Part shown: positions 51,637-64,000 of the stretch, piece by piece
How positions within the stretch are numbered: the first letter of the stretch is position 1
How the letters are laid out: every line of letters starts with the position of its first letter
Source of the DNA: Isurus oxyrinchus
Taxonomy: Eukaryota
NCBI GenBank assembly: GCA_026770705.1
Contig: JANJGN010000002.1
Coordinates: 106,888,001 to 106,952,000 of the forward strand
Length of the DNA: 64,000 bases
Direction of reading: 5' to 3'
Program-made: the position numbers and the translations under genes
Notes under the pieces: generated by a model
What the model was told of the DNA's origin: nothing
Database searches by the model: none
What the model saw: the letters and a program-made list of their open reading frames with translations, nothing else

Positions 51637-53817
51637 TTAATTGTCCAATGTGCAAAAATAGATGCCATTCAAGCTATTTATTCTGCCTGACTACTTTTTC
51701 CGCATATCAGTAGTGCTCCAGCGTGTTGCAATGCACAGCATTATTACAGCAGCCTTTCCAAAAAAAACACCATGAATCGATGCACTTTCCCAATCCTGAT
51801 GCTGTCACGACGCTAGGTCTTTTCACTCTTGATGCTTTCTACCTTCTGTGTTTCGCATTCCCCTCATAGCTGAGCCCTCGCTGACTGTTCTCAACTGTGT
51901 CTCCGCGTGCCTTGATAATTCTTCAAGCAAGCTCCTCATATTGAAAACAACACCCATAGATTGCGTCAGCTACCGGATTGATCAATTGCCTCCACAGGCC
52001 CCTTCTCGTCTTCAAAGCACCAGTATAGTACGACTCGTTGCTTTAGTTTGTAACAACAAACAAATGTATTGTACTGAACAAGCAAGGAAATAACAGAAGT
52101 TTAAGACATACCTTTTCAAAGTTCATTCATAACTTTCCTAACTCCATGTTTAAGGGAAACCAGTAAATGTTCTGCAAAGATAAAAGCAAAATACTGCACA
52201 TGCTGGGAAACTGAAGCAAAAACAAAAATAGCTGGAAAACGCAGCAGGTCTGACAGCATCTGTGGAGAGGAAGTCAGAGTTATCGTTTCCAGTCCGTATG
52301 AGTCTTCATCAGACCTCCATCAGAAGTGGTCTGCAAAGCTGCGCTAAACTGAGCGTAATCCAATGCCACATTTTACCCATCTGTTTGGCTTTACTTCAAC
52401 ATCAATGAGTACTCTCTTCTTGAATGACAGGCTTCGTGCCACCCAAGCGCATTATCTTTGAAAGTCATTGATTTCAAAGCGAAAGTCATTGATTGAAAGG
52501 CTTTTGTTTGCAATGTACAAAGTATCCAATCAATTCATACTTAGCTTCTTATCAGACACGTCAAGATAAAGACAGACTTGCATTATTTATCACTTCTCAA
52601 GTCCTCTGGACGTCCCAAATGTCATCACTGCTAATCACGTGTTTGTGACGTCTAGTCACTTGTGATATAGGAAATGCGGCAAGTAATGTGCACACAACAA
52701 ACAGCAATGTGAGAATCACCAGGTAAAATGTTGTCATAAAGTGGATTCAAGACAAAACGTTGCTCACGCTACTGGGGAAGAACATGCTGCTCATATCTGA
52801 ACAGAATAACCAGCACGGTTTCTTTTCAACTGTATAACTTCAGTCCACTCTCCAGAAACCTGACTCGGGACAAGCAACTTGGAAGTTGAAACTTTGTTCG
52901 AGCTAAGTGAGGGTGTTATATCTGTCAGTGAAGCTGCTTCTTCAGAACTTTTTCATTATGACTGAATAAATTGGACCAATGCCAAGCCTCACTCAGAGAT
53001 CCAGGTCACTTTTTGCCCCAAATGTTTCGGAGTTCCACAAGTGACTACGCATGCCTGCATGTTAGCATTTAAATGCAGTTTTTGTGCAAAAGCACAAGCT
53101 TGTGCTGTAGCATTCTTGCCTCTCACTTGCAGAACTGTAATTTCAAGCCAAATCGCAAGGTTGGAGTGCAAAAATGTAGTTGACACACAAGTGATTTACT
53201 GAGGGTGTGCTGCGCTCTCAGAAGTGCTATGACGTGCATTTCACTTGAATCCGAAGCCATATCTCCCTTCTCTTGGGATGGTAAGAGGTCCCCTGGCGCT
53301 ATTCCAATGAATAACAGGGGGCTCCTACCTGCTGTCGTGGGCAATATTTAGCTCTCGGTCAGTATCATAAAAGACACGCACTATCTCCTCGTTGCCGAAT
53401 TGCTGTCTGGCGTTTGCAAGCTACCTGCACATTGGTGACATTAGAGCAGTGAACACATTTGAAACGCATTTCTTTGCCTGGAAAGTGCTTTCAGATTCGT
53501 GGCAATGATCAAACGCGCTCTACAAATGTGTCGCTGTTTTAACATATTGAGCCTTGACGAGAGTGCACAAAAAATCAATTACCCCAAAGTGCAATGTTGA
53601 ACATGAATTTGCATATCGTGCAAGATTTGCAGCTGGCATGAGCGATGCTTGTTGCAGTCAATATTCTGGCATTGTAAAGAAAGATTTCCATGATTTTAGT
53701 CGCTGGAAATTGGTGTCTTTTCATATTCTGAGTCTTTAGGAGAACTGTTAGTTTGTCACCACGGCTTTAGGAGAGGGCTCTCACTTCTCACCAAGGATAT
53801 TGTACCTGCTCTTTCAT

Positions 53818-53932
53818 AAGCTCCCAATTCTCTTCAATTCGTATAAATCTTTCGCCTTTTACTAAAGATTTCTGTGGAGAGAATTGATTGAGAGTTTTGA
53901 AGCAATTTTTGAATGCCTGACCTCAGGCAGGT
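53818..53932 (+). ncRNA. RNU5: U5 snRNA copy 24
   Basis: Loop 1 and Sm site intact; CCG>CTG. Confidence 0.92.
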
Positions 53933-56113
53933 TTACTTGTCCAATGTGCAAAAACAGATGCCATTCAAACTATTTTTTCTGCCTGACTACTTTTTCTGCA
54001 TATCAGTAGTGCTCCAGCGTGTTGCAATGCACAGCATTATTACAGCAGCCTTTCCAAAAAAAACACCATGAATCGATGCACTTTCCCAATCCTGATGCTG
54101 TCACGACGCTAGGTCTTTTCACTCTTGATGCTTTCTACCTTCTGTGTTTCGCATTCCCCTCATAGCTGAGCCCTCGCTGACTGTTCTCAACTGTGTCTCC
54201 GCGTGCCTTGATAATTCTTCAAGCAAGCTGCTCATATTGAAAACAACACCCATAGATTGCGTCTGCTACCGGATTGATCAATTGCCTCCACAGGCCCCTT
54301 CTCGTCTTCAAAGCACCAGTATAGTACGACTCCTTGCTTTAGTTTGTAACAACAAACAAATGTATTGTACTGAACAAGCAAGGAAATAACAGAAGTTTAA
54401 GACATACCTTTTCAAAGTTCATTCATAACTTTCCTAACTCCATGTTTAAGGGAAACCAGTAAATGTTCTGCAAAGATAAAAGCAAAATACTGCACATGCT
54501 GGGAAACTGAAGCAAAAACAAAAATAGCTGGAAAACTCAGCAGGTCTGACAGCATCTGTGGAGAGGAAGTCAGAGTTATCGTTTCCAGTCTGTATGAGTC
54601 TTCATCAGACCTCCATCAGAAGTGGTCTGCAAAGCTGCGCTAAACTGAGCGTAATCCAATGCCACATTTTACCCATCTGTTTGGCTTTACTTCAACATCA
54701 ATGAGTACTCTCTTCTTGAATGACAGGCTTCGTGGCACCCAGGCGCATTATCTTTGAAAGTCATTGATTTCAAAGCGAAAGTCATTGATTGAAAGGCTTT
54801 TGTTTGCAATGTACAAAGTATCCAATCAATTCATACTTAGCTTCTTATCAGACACGTCAAGATAAAGACAGACTTGCATTATTTATCACTTCTCAAGTCC
54901 TCTGGACGTCCCAAATGTCATCACTGCTAATCACGTGTTTGTGACGACTAGTCACTTGTGATGTAGGAAATGCGGCAAGTAATGTGCACACAACAAACAG
55001 CAATGTGAGAATCACCAGGTAAAATGTTGTCATAAAGTGGATTCAAGACAAAACGTTGCTCACGCTACTGGGGAAGAACATGCTGCTCATATCTGAACAG
55101 AATAACCAGCACGGTTTCTTTTCAACTGAATACCTTCAGTCCACTCTCCAGAAACCTGACTCGGGACAAGCAACTTGGAAGTTGAAACTTTGTTCGAGCT
55201 AAGTGAGGGTGTTATATCTGTCAGTGAAGCTGCTTCTTCAGAACTTTTTCATTATGACTGAATAAATTGGACCAATGCCAAGACTCACTCAGAGATCCAG
55301 GTCACTTTTTGCCCCAAATGTTTCGGAGTTCCACAAGTGACTACGCATGCCTGCATGATAGCATTTAAATGCAGTTTTTGTGCAAAAGCACAAGCTTGTG
55401 CTGTAGCATTCTTGCCTCTCACTTGCAGAACTGTAATTTCAAGCCAAATCGCAAGTTTTGAGTGCAACAATGCAGTTCACACACAAATGGTTTACTGAGG
55501 GTGTGCTGCGCTCTCAGAAGTGCTATGACATGCATTTTACGTGAATCCGAAGCCACATCTCCCTTCTCTTGGGATGGTAAGAGGTCCCCTGGCGCTATTC
55601 CAATGAATAACAGGGGGCTCCTACCTGCTGGCGTGGGCAATATTTAGCTCTCGGTCAGTATCATAAAAGACACGCACTATCTCCTCGTTGCCGAATTGCT
55701 GTCTGGCGTTTGCAAGTTACCTGCACGTTGGTGACATTAGAGCAGTGAACACATTTGAAACGCATTTCTTTGCCTGGAAAATGCTTTCAGATTCGTGGCA
55801 ATGATCAAACGCGCTCTATAAATGTGTCGCTGTTTTAACATATTGAGCCTTGACGAGAGTGCACAAAAAATCAATGACCCCAAAGTGCAATGTTGAACAT
55901 GAATTTGCATATCGTGCAAGATTTGCAGCTGGCATGAGCGATGCTTGTTGCAGTCAATATTCTGGCATTGTAAAGAAAGATTTCCATGATTTTAGTCGCT
56001 GGAAATTGGTGTCATTTCATATTCTGAGTCTTTAGGAGAACTGTTAGTTTGTCACCACGGCTTTAGGAGAGGGCTCTCAAATCTCACCAAGGATATTGTA
56101 CCTGCTCTTTCAT

Positions 56114-56228
56114 AAGCTCCCAATTCTCTTCAATTCGTATAAATCTTTCGCCTATTACTAAAGATTTCCGTGGAGCGAATTGATTGAGAGTTTTGAAGTA
56201 ATTTTTGAATGCCTGACTGCAGGCAGGT
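56114..56228 (+). ncRNA. RNU5: U5 snRNA copy 25 (loop 1 variant GCCUAUUAC)
   Basis: TTTCGCCTATTACTAAAG, plus GGAGCG and an altered 3' loop. Confidence 0.87.
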
Positions 56229-58409
56229 TTACTTGTCCAATGTGTAAAAACAGATGCCATTCAAACTATTTTTTCTGCCTGACTACTTTTTCTGCATATC
56301 AGTAGTGTTCCAGCGTGTTGCAATGCACAGCATTATTACAGCAGCCTTTCCAAAAAAAGCACCATGAATCGATGCACTTTCCCAATCCTGATGCTGTCAC
56401 GACGCTAGGTCTTTTCACTCTTGATGCTTTCTACCTTCTGTGTTTCGCATTCCCCTCATAGCTGAGCCCTCGCTGACTGTTCTCAACTGTGTCTCCGCGT
56501 GCCTTGATAATTCTTCAAGCAAGCTGCTCATATTGAAAACAACACCCATAGATTGCGTCAGCTACCGGATTGATCAATTGCCTCCACAGGCCCCTTCTCG
56601 TCTTCAAAGCACCAGTATAGTACGACTCCTTGCTTTAGTTTGTAACAACAAACAAATGTATTGTACTGAACAAGCAAGGAAATAACAGAAGTTTAAGACA
56701 TACCTTTTCAAAGTTCATTCATAACTTTCCTAACTCCATGTTTAAGGGAAACCAGTAAATGTTCTGCAAAGATAACAGCAAAATACTGCACATGCTGGGA
56801 AACTGAAGCAAAAACAAAAATAGCTGGAAAACTCAGCAGGTCTGACAGCATCTGTGGAGAGGAAGTCAGAGTTATCGTTTCCAGTCCGTATGAGTCTTCA
56901 TCAGACCTCCATCAGAAGTGGTCTGCAAAGCTGCGCTAAACTGAGCGTAATCCAATGCCACATTTTACCCATCTGTTTGGCTTTACTTCAACATCAATGA
57001 GTACTCTCTTCTTGAATGACAGGCTTCGTGCCACGCAGGCGCATTATCTTTGAAAGTCATTGATTTCAAAGCGAAAGTCATTGATTGAAAGGCTTTTGTT
57101 TGCAATGTACAAAGTATCCAATCAATTCATACTTAGCTTCATATCAGACACGTCAAGATAAAGACAGACTTGCATTATTTATCACTTCTCAAGTCCTCTG
57201 GACGTCCCAAATGTCATCACTGCTAATCACGTGTTTGTGACGTCTAGTCACTTGTGATGTAGGAAATGCGGCAAGTAATGTGCACACAACAAACAGCAAT
57301 GTGAGAATCACCAGGTAAAATGTTGTCATAAAGTGGATTCAAGACAAAACGTTGATCACGCTACTGGAGAAGAACATGCTGCTCATATCTGAACAGAATA
57401 ACCAGCACGGTTTCTTTTCAACTGTATACCTTCAGTCCACTCTCCAGAAACCTGACTCGGGACAAGCAACTTGGAAGTTGAAACTTTGTTCGAGCTAAGT
57501 GAGGGTGTTATATCTGTCAGTGAAGCTGCTTCTTCAGAACTTTTTCATTATGACTGAATAAATTGGACCAATGCCAAGCCTCACTCAGAGATCCAGGTCA
57601 CTTTTTGCCCCAAATGTTTCGGAGTTCCACAAGTGACTACGCATGCCTGCATGTTAGCATTTAAATGCAGTTTTTGTGCAAAAGCACAAGCTTGTGCTGT
57701 AGCATTCTTGCCTCTCACTTGCAGAACTGTAATTTCAAGCCAAATCGCAAGGTTGGAGTGCAAAAATGCAGTTGACACACAAGTGATTTACTGAGGGTGT
57801 GCTGCGCTCTCAGAAGTGCTATGACGTGCATTTCACTTGAATCCGAAGCCATATCTCCCTTCTCTTGGGATGGTAAGAGGTCCCCTGGCGCTATTCCAAT
57901 GAATAACAGGGGGCTCCTACCTGCTGTCGTGGGCAATATTTAGCTCTCGGTCAGTATCATAAAAGACACGCACTATCTCCTCGTTGCCGAATTGCTGTCT
58001 GGCGTTTGCAAGCTACCTGCACATTGGTGACATTAGAGCAGTGAACACATTTGAAACGCATTTCTTTGCCTGGAAAGTGCTTTCAGATTCGTGGCAATGA
58101 TCAAACGCGCTCTACAAATGTGTCGCTGTTTTAACATATTGAGCCTTGACGAGAGTGCACAAAAAATCAATTACCCCAAAGTGCAATGTTGAACATGAAT
58201 TTGCATATCGTGCAAGATTTGCAGCTGGCATGAGCGATGCTTGTTGCAGTCAATATTCTGGCATTGTAAAGAAAGATTTCCATGATTTTAGTCGCTGGAA
58301 ATTGGTGTCTTTTCATATTCTGAGTCTTTAGGAGAACTGTTAGTTTGTCACCACGGCTTTAGGAGAGGGCTCTCACTTCTCACCAAGGATATTGTACCTG
58401 CTCTTTCAT

Positions 58410-58524
58410 AAGCTCCCAATTCTCTTCAATTCGTATAAATCTTTCGCCTTTTACTAAAGATTTCTGTGGAGAGAATTGATTGAGAGTTTTGAAGCAATTT
58501 TTGAATGCCTGACCTCAGGCAGGT
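58410..58524 (+). ncRNA. RNU5: U5 snRNA copy 26
   Basis: Same as copy 24. Confidence 0.92.
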
Positions 58525-60705
58525 TTACTTGTCCAATGTGCAAAAACAGATGCCATTCAAACTATTTTTTCTGCCTGACTACTTTTTCTGCATATCAGTA
58601 GTGCTCCAGCGTGTTGCAATGCACAGCATTATTACAGCAGCCTTTCCAAAAAAAACACCATGAATCGATGCACTTTCCCAATCCTGATGCTGTCACGACG
58701 CTAGGTCTTTTCACTCTTGATGCTTTCTACCTTCTGTGTTTCGCATTCCCCTCATAGCTGAGCCCTCGCTGACTGTTCTCAACTGTGTCTCCGCGTGCCT
58801 TGATAATTCTTCAAGCAAGCTGCTCATATTGAAAACAACACCCATAGATTGCGTCTGCTACCGGATTGATCAATTGCCTCCACAGGCCCCTTCTCGTCTT
58901 CAAAGCACCAGTATAGTACGACTCCTTGCTTTAGTTTGTAACAACAAACAAATGTATTGTACTGAACAAGCAAGGAAATAACAGAAGTTTAAGACATACC
59001 TTTTCAAAGTTCATTCATAACTTTCCTAACTCCATGTTTAAGGGAAACCAGTAAATGTTCTGCAAAGATAAAAGCAAAATACTGCACATGCTGGGAAACT
59101 GAAGCAAAAACAAAAATAGCTGGAAAACTCAGCAGGTCTGACAGCATCTGTGGAGAGGAAGTCAGAGTTATCGTTTCCAGTCTGTATGAGTCTTCATCAG
59201 ACCTCCATCAGAAGTGGTCTGCAAAGCTGCGCTAAACTGAGCGTAATCCAATGCCACATTTTACCCATCTGTTTGGCTTTACTTCAACATCAATGAGTAC
59301 TCTCTTCTTGAATGACAGGCTTCGTGGCACCCAGGCGCATTATCTTTGAAAGTCATTGATTTCAAAGCGAAAGTCATTGATTGAAAGGCTTTTGTTTGCA
59401 ATGTACAAAGTATCCAATCAATTCATACTTAGCTTCTTATCAGACACGTCAAGATAAAGACAGACTTGCATTATTTATCACTTCTCAAGTCCTCTGGACG
59501 TCCCAAATGTCATCACTGCTAATCACGTGTTTGTGACGACTAGTCACTTGTGATGTAGGAAATGCGGCAAGTAATGTGCACACAACAAACAGCAATGTGA
59601 GAATCACCAGGTAAAATGTTGTCATAAAGTGGATTCAAGACAAAACGTTGCTCACGCTACTGGGGAAGAACATGCTGCTCATATCTGAACAGAATAACCA
59701 GCACGGTTTCTTTTCAACTGAATACCTTCAGTCCACTCTCCAGAAACCTGACTCGGGACAAGCAACTTGGAAGTTGAAACTTTGTTCGAGCTAAGTGAGG
59801 GTGTTATATCTGTCAGTGAAGCTGCTTCTTCAGAACTTTTTCATTATGACTGAATAAATTGGACCAATGCCAAGACTCACTCAGAGATCCAGGTCACTTT
59901 TTGCCCCAAATGTTTCGGAGTTCCACAAGTGACTACGCATGCCTGCATGATAGCATTTAAATGCAGTTTTTGTGCAAAAGCACAAGCTTGTGCTGTAGCA
60001 TTCTTGCCTCTCACTTGCAGAACTGTAATTTCAAGCCAAATCGCAAGTTTTGAGTGCAACAATGCAGTTCACACACAAATGGTTTACTGAGGGTGTGCTG
60101 CGCTCTCAGAAGTGCTATGACATGCATTTTACGTGAATCCGAAGCCACATCTCCCTTCTCTTGGGATGGTAAGAGGTCCCCTGGCGCTATTCCAATGAAT
60201 AACAGGGGGCTCCTACCTGCTGGCGTGGGCAATATTTAGCTCTCGGTCAGTATCATAAAAGACACGCACTATCTCCTCGTTGCCGAATTGCTGTCTGGCG
60301 TTTGCAAGTTACCTGCACGTTGGTGACATTAGAGCAGTGAACACATTTGAAACGCATTTCTTTGCCTGGAAAATGCTTTCAGATTCGTGGCAATGATCAA
60401 ACGCGCTCTATAAATGTGTCGCTGTTTTAACATATTGAGCCTTGACGAGAGTGCACAAAAAATCAATGACCCCAAAGTGCAATGTTGAACATGAATTTGC
60501 ATATCGTGCAAGATTTGCAGCTGGCATGAGCGATGCTTGTTGCAGTCAATATTCTGGCATTGTAAAGAAAGATTTCCATGATTTTAGTCGCTGGAAATTG
60601 GTGTCATTTCATATTCTGAGTCTTTAGGAGAACTGTTAGTTTGTCACCACGGCTTTAGGAGAGGGCTCTCAAATCTCACCAAGGATATTGTACCTGCTCT
60701 TTCAT

Positions 60706-60820
60706 AAGCTCCCAATTCTCTTCAATTCGTATAAATCTTTCGCCTATTACTAAAGATTTCCGTGGAGCGAATTGATTGAGAGTTTTGAAGTAATTTTTGA
60801 ATGCCTGACTGCAGGCAGGT
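60706..60820 (+). ncRNA. RNU5: U5 snRNA copy 27 (loop 1 variant GCCUAUUAC)
   Basis: Same as copy 25. Confidence 0.87.
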
Positions 60821-63001
60821 TTACTTGTCCAATGTGTAAAAACAGATGCCATTCAAACTATTTTTTCTGCCTGACTACTTTTTCTGCATATCAGTAGTGT
60901 TCCAGCGTGTTGCAATGCACAGCATTATTACAGCAGCCTTTCCAAAAAAAGCACCATGAATCGATGCACTTTCCCAATCCTGATGCTGTCACGACGCTAG
61001 GTCTTTTCACTCTTGATGCTTTCTACCTTCTGTGTTTCGCATTCCCCTCATAGCTGAGCCCTCGCTGACTGTTCTCAACTGTGTCTCCGCGTGCCTTGAT
61101 AATTCTTCAAGCAAGCTGCTCATATTGAAAACAACACCCATAGATTGCGTCAGCTACCGGATTGATCAATTGCCTCCACAGGCCCCTTCTCGTCTTCAAA
61201 GCACCAGTATAGTACGACTCCTTGCTTTAGTTTGTAACAACAAACAAATGTATTGTACTGAACAAGCAAGGAAATAACAGAAGTTTAAGACATACCTTTT
61301 CAAAGTTCATTCATAACTTTCCTAACTCCATGTTTAAGGGAAACCAGTAAATGTTCTGCAAAGATAACAGCAAAATACTGCACATGCTGGGAAACTGAAG
61401 CAAAAACAAAAATAGCTGGAAAACTCAGCAGGTCTGACAGCATCTGTGGAGAGGAAGTCAGAGTTATCGTTTCCAGTCCGTATGAGTCTTCATCAGACCT
61501 CCATCAGAAGTGGTCTGCAAAGCTGCGCTAAACTGAGCGTAATCCAATGCCACATTTTACCCATCTGTTTGGCTTTACTTCAACATCAATGAGTACTCTC
61601 TTCTTGAATGACAGGCTTCGTGCCACGCAGGCGCATTATCTTTGAAAGTCATTGATTTCAAAGCGAAAGTCATTGATTGAAAGGCTTTTGTTTGCAATGT
61701 ACAAAGTATCCAATCAATTCATACTTAGCTTCATATCAGACACGTCAAGATAAAGACAGACTTGCATTATTTATCACTTCTCAAGTCCTCTGGACGTCCC
61801 AAATGTCATCACTGCTAATCACGTGTTTGTGACGTCTAGTCACTTGTGATGTAGGAAATGCGGCAAGTAATGTGCACACAACAAACAGCAATGTGAGAAT
61901 CACCAGGTAAAATGTTGTCATAAAGTGGATTCAAGACAAAACGTTGATCACGCTACTGGAGAAGAACATGCTGCTCATATCTGAACAGAATAACCAGCAC
62001 GGTTTCTTTTCAACTGTATACCTTCAGTCCACTCTCCAGAAACCTGACTCGGGACAAGCAACTTGGAAGTTGAAACTTTGTTCGAGCTAAGTGAGGGTGT
62101 TATATCTGTCAGTGAAGCTGCTTCTTCAGAACTTTTTCATTATGACTGAATAAATTGGACCAATGCCAAGCCTCACTCAGAGATCCAGGTCACTTTTTGC
62201 CCCAAATGTTTCGGAGTTCCACAAGTGACTACGCATGCCTGCATGTTAGCATTTAAATGCAGTTTTTGTGCAAAAGCACAAGCTTGTGCTGTAGCATTCT
62301 TGCCTCTCACTTGCAGAACTGTAATTTCAAGCCAAATCGCAAGGTTGGAGTGCAAAAATGCAGTTGACACACAAGTGATTTACTGAGGGTGTGCTGCGCT
62401 CTCAGAAGTGCTATGACGTGCATTTTACTTGAATCCGAAGCCATATCTCCCTTCTCTTGGGATGGTAAGAGGTCCCCTGGCGCTATTCCAATGAATAACA
62501 GGGGGCTCCTACCTGCTGTCGTGGGCAATATTTAGCTCTCGGTCAGTATCATAAAAGACACGCAATATCTCCTCGATGCCGAATTGCTGTCTGGCGTTTG
62601 CAAGCTACCTGCACGTTGGTGACATTAGAGCAGTGAACACATTTGAAACGCATTTCTTTGCCTGGAAAGTGCTTTCAGATTCGTGGCAATGATCAAACGC
62701 GCTCTATAAATGTGTCGCTGTTTTAACATATTGAGCCTTGACGAGAGTGCACAAAAAATCAATTACCCCAAAGTGCAATGTTGAACATGAATTTGCATAT
62801 CGTGCAAGATTTGCAGCTGGCATGAGCGATGCTTGTTGCAGTCAATATTCTGGCATTGTAAAGAAAGATTTCCATGATTTTAGTCGCTGGAAATTGGTGT
62901 CTTTTCATATTCTGAGTATTTAGGAGAACTGTTAGTTTGTCACCACGGCTTTAGGAGAGGGCTCTCACTTCTCACCAAGGATACTGTACCTGCTCTTTCA
63001 T

Positions 63002-63116
63002 AAGCTCCCAATTCTCTTCAATTTGTATAAATCTTTCGCCTTTTACTAAAGATTTCCGTGGAGAGAATTGATTGAGAATTTTGAAGCAATTTTTGAATGC
63101 CTGACCTCAGGCAGGT
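63002..63116 (+). ncRNA. RNU5: U5 snRNA copy 28
   Basis: Loop 1, Sm site and 3' hairpin intact; one C>T. Confidence 0.93.
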
Positions 63117-64000
63117 TTACTTGTCCAATGTGCAAAAACAGATGCCATTCAAACTATTTTTTCTGCCTGACTACTTTTTCTGCATATCAGTAGTGTTCCA
63201 GCGTGTTGCAATGCACAGCATTATTACAGCAGCCTTTCCAAAAAAAACACCATGAATCGATGCACTTTCCCAATCCTGATGCTGTCACGACGCTAGGTCT
63301 TTTCACTCTTGATGCTTTCTACCTTCTGTGTTTCGCATTCCCCTCATAGCTGAGCCCTCGCTGACTGTTCTCAACTGTGTCTCCGCGTGCCTTGATAATT
63401 CTTCAAGCAAGCTGCTCATATTGAAAACAACACCCATAGATTGCGTCAGCTACCGGATTGATCAATTGCCTCCACAGGCCCCTTCTCGTCTTCAAAGCAC
63501 CAGTATAGTACGACTCCTTGCTTTAGTTTGTAACAACAAACAAATGTATTGTACTGAACAAGCAAGGAAATAACAGAAGTTTAAGACATACCTTTTCAAA
63601 GTTCATTCATAACTTTCCTAACTCCATGTTTAAGGGAAACCAGTAAATGTTCTGCAAAGATAAAAGCAAAATACTGCACATGCTGGGAAACTGAAGCAAA
63701 AACAAAAATAGCTGGAAAACTCAGCAGGTCTGACAGCATACGTGGAGAGGAAGTCAGAGTTATCGTTTCCAGTCCGTATGAGTCTTCATCAGACCTCCAT
63801 CAGAAGTGGTCTGCAAAGCTGCGCTAAACTGAGCGTAATCCAATGCCACATTTTACCCATCTGTTTGGCTTTACTTCAACATCAATGAGTACTCTCTTCT
63901 TGAATGACAGGCTTCGTGGCACCCAGGCGCATTATCTTTGAAAGTCATTGATTTCAAAGCGAAAGTCATTGATTGAAAGGCTTTTGTTTGCAATGTACAA

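Larger units (their letters stand above)
1..64000 (+). repeat. Tandem array of ~2,295-2,296 bp U5 snDNA units (2,565 bp in the 3 insertion-bearing units); extends past both window edges
   Basis: The same marker recurs at 539, 2834, 5129, 7425, 9721, 12286 ... 63328 (28 times). Spacing is 2294-2297, except 2565 after 9721, 14582 and 24033. Units differ only by scattered SNPs and single-base indels. Confidence 0.99.

Noticed and set aside
1-64000. 5S rDNA or U1/U2 genes linked to U5, as in some fish arrays
   Set aside because: No 5S, U1, U2, U4 or U6 signature recognised on either strand of the unit (by eye only).

Overview
Eukaryotic, non-coding window, most likely from a cartilaginous fish judging by the SINE and Penelope-type fragments. 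All 64 kb is a head-to-tail tandem array of a ~2,295-2,296 bp unit (about 27.5 units). Each unit carries one U5 spliceosomal snRNA gene on the + strand (28 copies). The usual Pol II snRNA signals are present: SPH/Staf-like motif plus octamer DSE, PSE, and 3' box. The spacer holds two old, oppositely oriented DeuSINE/SacSINE-like fragments and a decayed Penelope-like fragment with a broken hammerhead motif. The U5 is a divergent variant, and by eye the copies vary far more inside the U5 gene than in the adjacent spacer, including changes in loop 1 and the Sm site. Three units carry a young ~260 bp insertion with a 9-10 bp target-site duplication; it contains a palindrome with 92-bp arms and a minimal hammerhead-ribozyme motif on each strand. 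The listed ORFs are judged spurious. All family assignments come from recalled consensus sequences, not database searches.
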